From: Ministeria vibrans ATCC 50519
Lineage: Eukaryota; Protista; Filasterea
Reading direction: 5' to 3'
NCBI GenBank assembly: GCA_943704425.1
Contig: CALSCP010000486.1
Span: 25,474 to 89,473 of the forward strand
DNA length: 64,000 bases
Positions 26,701 to 41,016 of this stretch are shown one piece after another; within the stretch, counting starts at the first letter, position 1; every line of letters starts with the position of its first letter. A program made the position numbers and the translations under genes. The notes beneath the pieces were generated by a model that was given only the letters and a program-made list of their open reading frames with translations, made no database searches and had not been told where the DNA came from.

Positions 26701-29035
26701 CTCATCGGCGACGCGTTTTGACGCGTGTGAACTGGGCGATCTGAGCGGCAAGCACGGCAATTTGAACCTACCCGCAGCGCAGGGGGCGACCTGGCTCGAC
26801 TGGAACCTGCCACTGTACGGCCGACACTCGGTGGTGGGCCGCAGCATTGTGGTACACGACAGTGCGAGCAATCGCATTGCGTGTGCGTCGCTCTCGTACC
26901 CAGGCTCGATGGCCATGTCGTCGGCTAAGCTCATTGGACCTGCCATTGAGGGGGACATTGAGTTTCGTCAGTTGGCCGGGCGTCCATACGAGGACACATA
27001 TATTTACGCATCACTCACTTTGGTGCAGGGCGCGACCACAACGACGGGCCACAACTGGCACATGCACACAAACAAGGCGGCCACAGACTCGGTCGATAGT
27101 AGCGCGTCGTCGCGCTGTCAGAGCGCCGGGGGTCATTACAGTCCGCTGCCGACGGGCACGTGCTCCATGAGTATGCCACACCAGTGCGAGGTGGGCGATC
27201 TTGCGGGCAAGCAGGGCCAGCTGTCGCTCTCGCCGTCGGGCTCGCTTGTGGTGCTCACCGACGTCGTGTCACCGCTGAGTGGTCTTTACTCACTGAACGA
27301 CCGCTCGGTGGTCATCCACGACGCCAACAGTGGCGCAGGGCGACTTGGTTGCTCGACGTTGTTCCAGGTGACCGATGGACTCGACTCGAGTGACTCAGAC
27401 TCGTCTACGATTATTGTGTACGCTGCTGCGGGCGGCGGCGGCGCAATCCTCCTCATTCTTCTGCTCATCCTGTGTGTGGTCGGTCGCAGATGGATTTACC
27501 GTGTGTGCTGCTGCAACTCGTGTCGTTGCTGTCCGTGCGGTCGCCGTCGCCGCAGCAACTCCGCGTGGACTCCCAAGCAGCGAGGGATGTCATCGGAGCC
27601 ACTCACGTTTGCTATGACGGACATGCCCAAGGCCAATGCACTCTACGAGAGCGGCAGCGTCTACGGCGGCGCCAAAATGGACGACGGCTACAGCACCAAT
27701 GTGGATCCCATCTACGAAAACACAGGCGACATTTACTACGGCAAGGGCGCCGCCTCGGCTCCCGGTGACCACTACAGTACGCTCTTTTCCAACCAAGAGT
27801 CCGCGTTGCCGCGTCACGAGGTCCTATACGACTACGTACCGCAGAATGCGGACGAGTTGGAGTTGCGACTGGGCGATGCGGTGTGCGTGACGCAGCGGCA
27901 GGAGGACGGTTGGTTTGTCGGGCTCAACACGCGCACCAAGGCACGCGGTGTGTTCCCCGGCAACTACGTTAATGTCGACGCACTGCCCGACGCCAATGCC
28001 AATGCAGCTGGTGCTGGTGCTTCTGAGACCGGTAATGGTGTTGGTACAACGACTCTGAGTGAGACGGATCCCGTTATGGCGAGTCTGCTTGAGGAACGCG
28101 ATCGTCTGCCGATCAAGCGTGAGCCGTCGCGTCCTCTCAAGCCACCTGCCATTGTGGCTGCCGAGCCTGTTCGTCCGCCCAAGCCCGCTGCGCGGCCCAA
28201 CGGACACATGGGACCGTCCGCTGCGGCGCCCGTTGCTGCTACTGCTGCCAATGCTGCGACGCCCGCTGAACCGGGTGCTGCCGAGCCTGCTCCCACCTAT
28301 GTGGCACGACCCGCGCCCCGTCCTGGAGCTGTTATGCAGAAGAAGGGCTCCAACAACATTCCATACAAGCCGCCTCCTCGGCCGGCTCCCAAGCCCTCAC
28401 CCACAGCGTCGCCGTCCACGCCTGTAGTGCCTCAGCGGCCGTCACAGCCACAAGCCCCCCCGCGCAGCAGCTTTACTGAGCAGCCTAAGGCGACGGGGCG
28501 ACCTCGTTCGCGTGTCATTGCTGCGCCCGACGCCGGCCTGTACGAGAGCGCTCGCACGCGGACCGGTGTGCCTCAGATTTCATGGGGTGCGGCTGCTGCC
28601 TCTTCTACTCATGCCAGCACCACCACCGCTGCTGCTGCTGCATCACCGTCCCGTCCAGCTCCGCCTCGTGCACCTTCCACTATGCCACCTCAGCCAGGGA
28701 AGCCTGCGCCTCGTCCTGCGAGTGTGCTCCCCCCGGGCGCTCGGCTCATGAGCGGACCTCCGCCTCCCGGTGCGGTTGTCATTCGCGGACCACCACCACC
28801 TGGTGCAGTGCTGGTGCGTGGACCTGCGCCAGGCGGCACGGCGATTCCCGTGCGCGGCCCTCCACCAGCAGGGCCTGGAGCCATTTCTATGATGCGTCCT
28901 CCTATGCACTCTCAGATGGCTGTGCGTCCGCCGCCCAGTGTTGTGCGGCCTCCGCCCCCAAGCGGAGTGCGTCCTCCAGGTCAAATTATCTACCCTCCTC
29001 CGAACCGCCTTCCCCCCGCGCCGCCGCCGGAGTGA
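19504..29035 (+). CDS. Receptor-like Cu-only SOD repeat protein: signal peptide, at least 14 SOD domains, TM helix, Cys cluster, Tyr motifs, SH3, Pro-rich tail
   Basis: Repeated WHxH / C..GGH(F/Y)(D/N)P / CE(L/V)GDLSGKHG / GRS(I/V)V(L/I)H / R(I/F)ACA. Introns 19583-20048 (inferred), 20369-20450 and 23513-23875. TM at about 27410-27481; SH3 (VLYDYVPQNADELEL..DGWFVG..GVFPGNYV) at about 27812-27975. Confidence 0.92.
21758..22076 (+). other. Scaffold gap (N, 21868-21966) flanked by a duplicated 110-nt overlap
   Basis: 21758-21867 is repeated at 21967-22076; collapsing the copies restores one reading frame through SOD domain 4. Confidence 0.85.
23540..23800. repeat. Intronic (AAT)n switching to (ATT)n microsatellite island
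   Basis: Directly visible; lies in the intron that splits SOD domain 7. Confidence 0.9.
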
Positions 29036-29055
29036 GGGAGAAATTTTTTGAGTGA

Positions 29056-29141
<86 letters not shown>

Positions 29142-29435
29142 GAGGAGAAACAAATTGATTGATAGATAGATAGAGGGGTTACGTGCTGGCGCGTAAATTA
29201 AAAGGAAGATTTTCGACAATCATAATTATGAGACTCTTCTAATCCATTTACACCGTAAAAGGATAATAATAATAATAATAATAAACAAGTACTCCATCTT
29301 TTTGGAGCTAGTCTATGGCGGAAAAGTTGTATTACTCTTCATTGTATTATATTTTCATCTTTTTTGTACTTTGAGTAAACTTTTGACTTCGTCGTTCAAA
29401 TAATCATTAGATCAGATAATTCTGAATAATTTGAC

Positions 29436-30488
29436 ATGAACGACCGAGATGCAGTGGTAATACCACCATTCCGGTTTTGTCTGGTTGAGCGGGGAGTGTT
29501 CCGTGGCGGCTATCCCATGAAAAAGGTTTGGCCCTCACTGTGTGTGCTCAACACAGTTCGCTCAACCTCTCCCTCTGCGAATGTAGAACTTTACGTTCAT
29601 GCGGCGCCTGTCATTGAAGTACCTTGTCTCGTTGACACCATTGCCGCCCAACGACGACCTCACAGCCTTCTGCAACGACAATGGCATCAAAAACATACAC
29701 ATTCCCGTCGAGCACCACAAAGAAGACATCCTCCTGTCGCACGCCAAGGTACGCCACCGTCTCCCCGGCATCCCCCGCACTGACACACGGGGCTCTTTCG
29801 TCCCTGGGCAGGTTGCGCGCGTCCTCCCCATGCTGATCAACGCCGACCTGCATCCGCTCTTCCTGCACTGTCTCAACGGTGCGCGCGTCACCGGTCTTGT
29901 GGTCATGGTGCGACTCCCGCCTGCCCCCCTACCTCTCACCCTTGTCTCTTCTAGTGTCTCCGGAAACTCCAGGTGTGGCAAAATGCCGCGATTCATACGG
30001 AATTTTCTCGTTTCATCAAGTACGGAGCAAGACACTGTGTTGTTGGTGTTGTCTCACGAGCTTCTTTGTGTATTAGGAACTTTGTTCTTTCCACGGAAGA
30101 GTCGCGCTTTGTGTCTGCCTTTCGTCACGACATTGACGTGCCGTACAATCAGCCCGAGTGGCTCTGGAAAGGTAAGTGCGCGAAGAACGGCACACTGTGA
30201 TTGTTTCTTTCATTTGATACAAATTGCACGTTAGGCTTGGGAAGGGGCGCAGTGCAGAGTACGCTGAAGATGAAGCTGCGGTTTGTGGAGCACGACGAGG
30301 AAGGGCGGGAGGACGACGAGACGGCGAGCCGGAAGCAGCGCGAGCGACAGCAGAGTGCCGTCGACCAGCGCCAGAGCGAAATCACAGCGCTGCTTGAAGG
30401 CTCGTCGGTGGGCCATGCACCACCCTCGCTGCATGTGATCAACGAATCGCCCTTGCTCAATGCGCTGGCCCTTGAAATTGGCCGATGA
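29436..30488 (+). CDS. Siw14/OCA-family (OCA6-like) atypical dual-specificity phosphatase
   Basis: VIPPFRFCLVERGVFRGGYP, NFTFMRRLSLKYLVSLTP, PLFLHCLNGARVTGLVVM-CLRKLQVW, EFSRF. Confidence 0.8.
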
Positions 30489-30698
30489 GATGTGATGATG
30501 TGTATCATAGTAACAATTGTGTACAAGTTCAGTAATGTTGGTGTAACGTGTTTGTTTGCTGTCGTCTGTCGATTTTATGGATTTGGGAGGATAGCTAGTA
30601 GTTTGATTAGTGTGGGGGTGTGTGATTGAAGGTCACATGAATGGGATCGGATTGAATAATAAATATTTTTCACACTTTTTCACATTTTTCGCAAAAGT

Positions 30699-30988
30699 AT
30701 GCTCACATACACTGCAGTGGAAGAAATCGCCTCTGTGGCTGCCAAGGCGCGGGACACTTTTATGTCAGGCCGTACACGTGCGCTGGAGTGGCGACGGCAG
30801 CAGCTGAAGGCGCTCTTGCGTCTTTTCACGGAACATGAAGCTGAAATTCTTGAGGCAACTATGCTACTTCAACCCGAAACGACCTTCCTACGCCCTGTTG
30901 GGCATCATCTGACACTCCTTTGTAGGCGGTCCACAAAGACTTGGGCCGTTGCAAGTTTGAGGGGTACTCGGCGGAAGTGGCGGGCGTG
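30699..30988 (+). CDS. Aldehyde dehydrogenase family 3, 5' fragment
   Basis: ARDTFMSGRTRALEWRRQQLKALLRL..HEAEILE-AVHKDLGR; runs into (AG)n and the N gap at 31052-31060. Confidence 0.85.
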
Positions 30989-30989
30989 G

Positions 30990-31051
<62 letters not shown>

Positions 31052-31069
31052 NNNNNNNNNTAAGAATAA

Positions 31070-31117
<48 letters not shown>

Positions 31118-31125
31118 GAATAATA

Positions 31126-31171
<46 letters not shown>

Positions 31172-31283
31172 GAATAATAATAGTAATAATAATAATAATA
31201 ATAAGAATAATAATAAGAATAATAATAATAATACTAATAAAAATAATAATAATAATAATAAGGTCGAGAGAGGAAGTGCACAC

Positions 31284-31973
31284 CGTTAGTTTCTGCTGTC
31301 CTTGGTCTGCGTTAAAATGAGCTTGGATGAGAGGTCCAACTGCGTCCGAGAAGGTCTCCAAGTCCGGCCGCACAACAAGCGAAAAGGGAATCATACGATG
31401 AACATAGCGCGAGAAGGTCTTCTTGGACGTCTCAACGTCGCAGAGGAACCGATGAACCAATGTTTCAACTGGAATGGTTTGGTCGCGGATATGAACACAC
31501 ACAATGCCGGTGACACAGGTGCGCGACGGCTATACAGTTATGTGAATCATTACCAATTGTGATCATGCTCTCGCTCTCTCTTTTCTTACCACAAACCGCC
31601 GGTTTTGAGCACCCGAATTGGACGAGGACTCTTTCAACGACTCCAGTTCGCGCTTGAGGTCTGCGTCAATGTCATCATCCGACGCGTCCTCTGCTGCATT
31701 CGCCTCTTCCCCAGTCGACGAAGACCCCTGCACCGCCTGTGGAGGGTACAACTCATTGGCAAACTGTACAGAGCGAGAGAGGAGAGATATAGAATAGAGT
31801 AAGAGAGACAGAGAGAGAAACCAAGTATGTGTGTGTGCGTTTGTTGTGTGTGTGTGTGTTTATTTTGTGTTATTTTGTGTGTATGTATATATTATATATA
31901 TTTATATATATATGTGTGTGTGTGTGTGTCTTTGTGGTAAATGTGTGTATCTCTGTAGTGTGTGTGTGTTTGT

Positions 31974-32023
<50 letters not shown>

Positions 32024-32347
32024 AGACAAGACAAGACAGAGAACTCAATCTCTCGTACCTCTTCCAACACATCCGCCATCTCGCTCGCCGCCTTAAACTC
32101 ACGCCCCTAAACCGCAAAATGTGCACATGCATCTGATCCGGCTCCTGTCAGGCTCTCAAGACCCCTACCTTGTCGCAGGACAGCAGCACTCCGCGCGACT
32201 TGACGTTGATCTCCATATCAAGACGATTCTACAACGACACCTAAGACACACACGTCCACGCACCCGGCGATCCTTTCCACTCACCTTCCCCCGACCGCCT
32301 CCACTACCGCCACTGCGAAACTTTTTGTATGGTCGTCGATCTGACAT
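31284..32347 (-). CDS. THUMPD1: THUMP-domain protein (THUMPD1/Tan1-like), 3' end lost in the gap
   Basis: Spliced SRGVLLSCDK-GREFKAASEMADVLEE-FANELYP, DDIDADLKRELESLK..RRF, SRYVHRMIPF. Confidence 0.75.
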
Positions 32348-32475
32348 GCTGAAACGAATTGATATGAATTATGATTGATTTGACACTTTCACTTGATCAC
32401 TTCACACACAGTCACACATACTTTCACTTTCGTGTGCTTCATTTGGGTTCGTTTGTTGCACGCCATCTGTTTGTA

Positions 32476-34957
<2,482 letters not shown>

Positions 34958-35081
34958 CGGACGCGACTGCCCAATCAGATGTTTGTGTTTGTTGTGTTTT
35001 AAAATATGAAATGAAATAATTATACAGAAAATACGAATGATGAGAAAGGGAGGAAGGGAAAGGGACAACAGAACGAGAGAG

Positions 35082-35120
<39 letters not shown>

Positions 35121-36425
35121 TTAAAAGACGACGCGGTAGCCGGGCCAGTCTGAAGGCGTCTTGCGGTCGTACTTCTCGACAAAGCGCAGGAGATGGACCG
35201 CAGCACAGTCGTTGGGACAGGTGTGCACACACAACTCAAGGATCTCAGCTGCTTTGGACCAGTTCCCTTGGATGTATGCACCTACACACGACCAAAAAAT
35301 AAGTGCCCTATCTCTCTCATTCCCCCCTCTACAAGTTCCTTTTCTTTCTCATTCCACTCTGTCTTTTACCTGAGCTCTGTTGGAAGAGCGATCGGTACTG
35401 CTTAATAGCATCGTATCCGCCTTCAATCTCGCCATACATGCCCCCAAATGCTTTCTTGAAGTCCACACCCGCCTATACCACGCGACACACACATGACGAG
35501 AGTAAGGCGACTAATAATAAATATGATCATGTACCTCAAAAGTGTGAGGATCCCACATATAAATGTCGACGGGTGTTGCAAGATGGGAGATGCGTAGACG
35601 GTCTACGCGACGGCACTACAAGAAAAGAAGAAAAAAAAAGTTTAAGAACAAAAAAATGACACTACTACAAAAAAAATATGTTTCGAGATACCATTGATTT
35701 GTAGTGGCTGGACAGAAGAGCAAAGAGATCGGCGGTGAGGAGAATGGAGGCACCAAGGGGCGCCATGGCCTCGGCAAGGACATTGACGGCAAGGGCATGT
35801 GGCCCCACATAGGCGGCACTGGCCTTGACGCGACTGCCTGCGCAGCCCTCGATAGCCCAGCCCGTGTGCAGCATGAAGCACCCACGCACACTAAACCCAT
35901 CATGCTGTCGCCGCATCAGCCGCACCACTCCCATATGCTCCTTGCCGAACCACTGTGACGTGCGACCTTCCGCCGCCAGATCAAGCTCCTCAATCACAAG
36001 TGAGCACGCCTCAATCGACTGGTCCGCCAAATTCACAGGCTACGTATGAAAAGTACATATAAATTATTATGTGCAAACCACCAATTATGAATGATTATGT
36101 GTTGCTCACCCTTGGACGACCAGCGAGTGCATTGAGGTCACCTGCGTGAACGCGACCATCGGCACGGGGCGCAACGGATTGCACGGACCGCAGCGACGCA
36201 GAGTTGTTGAAGTGCGACGCGGTGCTAAAGCGGGACTCGGGAAACCGACTTTCGCGTCGCAGTGACTCGTCGCCGGGCCACACCTGCAAAGAAACACCGC
36301 GATCCAATTCAACGACGTAGCAAGATTTTAAAAACAACACAACTGTTACACAAATTGACCACACTCGATCCTCATAAAGTACACCACTCCCCATCAATGG
36401 GCAGCTTCGAATCGTTACAAAACAA

Positions 36426-36479
<54 letters not shown>

Positions 36480-36521
36480 TGAGAACAATAATAATAATAA
36501 TAATAATAATAATAAGATAAC

Positions 36522-36589
<68 letters not shown>

Positions 36590-36608
36590 GATAACAATAA
36601 TAATAAGT

Positions 36609-36653
<45 letters not shown>

Positions 36654-39600
36654 AATAATAAGATAACAATAATAATAAGAATATAAGTATTGATGATATG
36701 GACATTATAATGGCGACAAAAATAAATCAAAACAAATTCGTACGACGGAGGTGTTGAAGCCGGCGGTGATGGGGTAGCCGCCTGTGGATAGACACGACTC
36801 GTGGACAAGACGCGAGACAGAGTTGATAAGGACCATGACCTTGCCACGCAGAGTGCTGGCCAATGCGTCGCACTGGTGCATGCGAAACTGACCAAGGATA
36901 GCGTTGATCTGGGTGCCTTGCGCCGTCGGCACAAACTGGCCCTTGGAGTCAACGGCGGAGCTTAGCACACGACCACCAGCACCAAGTCCCACGCCGATGG
37001 TCACCAGTGTCGACATGCGTTCAATGCCTTCCACCATGGTGTCCGACTCGCGACCGGCAGCCTCTGGTGTCGGCAGCGTACGTGCACTCGCCTCGAGCAT
37101 AGCCACGGCACGCTTGCCCGCCTCGATGCCCACGAAGCGAATCGACGAGCACTCCGTCACAATGGCAAGGGCCCGCTCAAACGGCTTGACACACGTTGCT
37201 CGCACATCAAAGCGCAACACACGCGCCGCCACAAACATAAAGACAATGAGACTCGTGGTCAGGCCGATGGAGAGTCCCGCCTCGCGGCGCATCTTGTCAC
37301 GCGCCGAGAACCGTGACCACGACAACGTGTTGGCCGTCGATGGCCAGGCATAGGATAAAACCTCAAAATCACGCAACTCCGACACGTCAATCGTGCCGGA
37401 AAAGGGCACACCGCCTGTGCCGTTGATGAACACGTCAATGAGATCGGACGCTGATGCGGCATACTGCGTGGCGCTTGTGGTGGCGATCGTAGCAGGCAGC
37501 AGCGAAAGAATCTCGAGAGCTTGCACGCGACTGGCGCTTGTCTGTTCGTAGTAGGGGTACAGAAATAAAGGGAAGACGACGGCGAGGATGGCAACGAAAA
37601 TGACCACGCGACGCGACATGAGCTCGAGAACCCAGTCGCCCGTGCGTGTCTTGGGCATAAGGTCGCGCAAGGAGCGTTGGAAATCGTCGCTGTCGGCCGA
37701 CAGGAGGCGATCAAAAGCCGACGATTCGGGTTCGTCGCTAATCTTGGTGGCAAGGGTTGGCGCATGAATCTTAGGCGATGCGCGCGAAGTGAGAACCTCA
37801 GTCGGTGCAAGGCCCGTCAGTGACGGCGCCACGTTTTTGGGCAACTCAACAGACATGAGTTGACTGCGTCGATGGACTGTGGGCGGCGCACCGCCGCCGT
37901 GTTCTCCGCCTGTAAACGCAATCATGGCCTGGCGAGCCGACTCGGGATCGACGTCTTCATCAAAGTCAAACATGTCCATTACAATGTTGTCCTTGAGATT
38001 GCCGTACGACGAGCCCACCCCGGCACCATTGCCAGCGCCACTGCCAAGAACCGCGCCAGCGCTGCCCGATACCGCCGCGCCCCCGCTGCTCATAGCGGCA
38101 AGATTTCCCAGGGCTGCCGCCGAAAGACGTTGCTTGCGCACGTGAGGGCCCTTGCTGAAGCAACAATCGAGGCAGTGGAGGGCACGCAGGGTGCGATACG
38201 CCTTGTTGGCCCAGCTAGCGGCGATGGTACCCGCGAGAGCAATGCCACCAGCGCGCACCACCTGTAGATCAATGAACATGTAGTGATCGTTGAAGAGCCA
38301 CGGAAGGTCGCCAATGAGAGCGCAAGTGCCGAGTAAATCGACAAAAAACCAGAAGGAGCCAAAATACTTTTGTTTGCTCGCGAGCGAATGCAACACCATA
38401 TCAACGGTAAATAGTGCAATGACCACCAGCAAAATGGCACCCCACGCGGTGTCTGCACTCCGACCAGAAGCAATCACAAACACGTCGCGAGTGTACAGCG
38501 CGAGAATGGTCAGTACAATCATGCCACCACGCCTCCAAGGGCCCTCCAAGTGCTAAGCATAGTGTGAGTACAGTTATTATTCATTATAGTTTCTTCACTT
38601 GCGTACCTCCGCTAGGGACTCTTGCCAGGTGAGGGTCGGCGTGTCGCCATACGTGGTGGCAATGCTCTTAGTGGAGATCTCGTCGAAATCGTCGTCGTCA
38701 AAGTCGGCGTCATCGTCGGCGTGCCGGGAACCACTGATACTACCAATGTTGTCACCGCTAGTGCGGCTCTTGGTACCACCGCGCAGGCGACGACCCTTGA
38801 TGCTAGGCTGAAACCAACGGCGGTTGGGACGTGAAAATTCGGTGGGCACGTCGACGGAGCCGGCGTCGACACTGAGTCGACGATGGTCATTGCGGCGACG
38901 ACCGTTTGGAGGTAAGGCACTCACTTCGTCGTCGTCGTCGTGATTCTCAATGCCATCGTTAGCAATGCCATCGTCGTTGTTGAGCGCGTCACTCTGGTTC
39001 GATAGGTTGATAATATCGTCATCGTCAGGTTTGGGACGCTGTTGGTTGGCGTCGGAGCTGTCGTGGTTGAGAGTGTGCAATTCAATGGCATGGTTGTCGT
39101 CGACGACGGTGCCGTGGTCGCCGCTAGTGCTGTTGTTGTTGTTCTGCTGGGCACTGGCCTGGAGCAGTTTGCTTGCCGAGATGGGGGAGGCGGCGCCCAG
39201 ATCCGCCTTGGACGACGGGTCGTTGGCACCCACCAGACGAATGGTAGTGCTTCCGAGACCGGAGTGGGAACCCCCGGCGTTCATGACCCTCTTCTTGTCG
39301 CGGTGTCGTTTCTGCGCTTCGATTCGCAGCTGTTTGTTGTTCTTCTTGAGTTCATCCCAGCGCGCACGGTTCTTGCGGAGGTTCTCGTAGCACTCGGTCG
39401 TGAGTGGGAAAATAGACTTGAGCGTCGCATAGCTCGGTTCGATGATGAAGTCGATGAAATTGCACGACATGACGGCCTGGTCGGTGGTCTCGGGGTCCAT
39501 GTTCTGCGACACGGGCATGTGTAGCGAGCGCTCGAGTTCGCCCTGTCGAAAAAATTCTTCGAGCACCGAGTCGCTCCAGCGCTTACTCAGGTGCCACGGC

Positions 39601-40091
39601 TAGAAAAAAAAAGAGAGCGTGAGACACGAGAAAGAGAACGGAGAAAGAAACAAGAAAAAGAGATAAACAGAGGAGAACGAAGCAAAGCGATAGACAAAAT
39701 GTGATGGAGAAACAAAGTCATGAGGAGAAGAAGAAAAAAAAAGAGCATGAACTTAAAGAAGCACCTTTGCGGGATTGCTAATGTCGGCATTGTGAAGGAG
39801 AATGTTGACGAGGAAGGAACGGGATTCGTCGGAGAGCTGGAGCTGTCTGCGGTTTTTGGTAACGTCTTCCAAGTCATTGTCGACAATGAAAGTCTTCATG
39901 TCGCTGCAGAGGGTAAAGTGGCGAGCCATGTCGGTGCTGAGGATAGCGTCGACTATTTTGCGTCGTGCCAGTTTATAGTCGGCGTCGGTGAGGTTGGCAA
40001 AGAGACCGTGGCGCTCAATGACCTCGAACAGCATGGCAGTGTGATGGTTCTCAAGCACCGAACGGTCGTTGTAGATGCGCGCAAGTGGGTC
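35121..40091 (-). CDS. Class I cyclic-nucleotide phosphodiesterase fused to an ion-channel-like 6TM region, a degenerate class III cyclase domain and a TPR-like tail (5' part missing)
   Basis: PDE motifs YNDRSVLENHH, AILSTDMARH, LLHNADISNPAK-PW, LEEFFRQGELER, NFIDFIIEP. Phase-0 intron 38553-38606 leads to YFGSFWFFVDLLGT, SRRVVIFVAILAVVFPLF, EAGLSIGLT, VKPFERAL, and the terminal YIQGNWSKA..PSDWPGYR. Confidence 0.85.
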
Positions 40092-40191
40092 CTAGGTAGA
40101 GAAAGAAAAAGGAGAGGGAACAAGCAAAGTGATGAGAGAAAAAAAGAAGAAGAAAAGAAACAAAGGGATCGAGGGAAAGAAAGAAAAAAGT

Positions 40192-40287
<96 letters not shown>

Positions 40288-40520
40288 GGAGAAAGAAGCA
40301 AAGTGATAGAGAGAGAAACAAAGTGATAGAGAGAGAGAAAGAGAGAGTGTGTGAGAGAGACGGAAGAAACAAAGTGATGGAGAGAGAGAAAAAAAAAGTG
40401 ATAGAGAGGGATAGGAGAAAGAAACAAAGTGGTAGAAAGAGAGAGAGAGAAAAATGGAGAAAGAGATTTGTGCCGACTGTGACACACTGTTGCGTAGCCA
40501 TTGGCACTGTATGTGTTCAG

Positions 40521-40924
40521 TAGCTCTAGTGCGGCTGTGGAGCGAGTGATGAACGAGACTACGAGTGGAGTAAGAGCGGACGCATCTGTCAGATTATACG
40601 CGGTTGAATTTATTAAGATATATTGTACCATTGCCTAGGGAATGTGCGTCAACGAGACGATGCAGCATCACCTGTGCTTGTCTCTTCCCTTTGGTGGTGT
40701 TGGGGTGAGGCCTTTTTATTTCTTTTCTTTCTCTCTTACTCGATTGTGTCTGATACTCTCTCTCTCATTAGGATTCTGGCACTGGGGCGTATCACGGCCA
40801 TGCGAGTTTCCGGACCTTCTCGCACGAGAGGAGTGTGCTGAACAAGACGACGTGGATTGATCCGTCGCTGCGGTACCCTCCGTACACCGAAGCGAACTAC
40901 AAGAAGATGCGAATGCTGCTGTGA
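40521..40924 (+). CDS. Aldehyde dehydrogenase family 3, 3' fragment
   Basis: Spliced ETTSG-GMCVNETMQHHLCLSLPFGGV(G)-DSGTGAYHGHASFRTFSHERSVL..LRYPPY; stop 40922-40924. Confidence 0.88.
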
Positions 40925-41016
40925 ATCGTTGGACGTGACACACGCACTGACTGTGATGGCAAAGGGAGAGGCGTACACACTTTCTACATTTTTACATTAC
41001 AATTGATTCCCCCTAT

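Noticed and set aside
30990-31262. Poly-ER/poly-N extension of the ALDH ORF and similar poly-LS, poly-HT and poly-I ORFs
   Set aside because: Translations of intronic microsatellites and an assembly gap.
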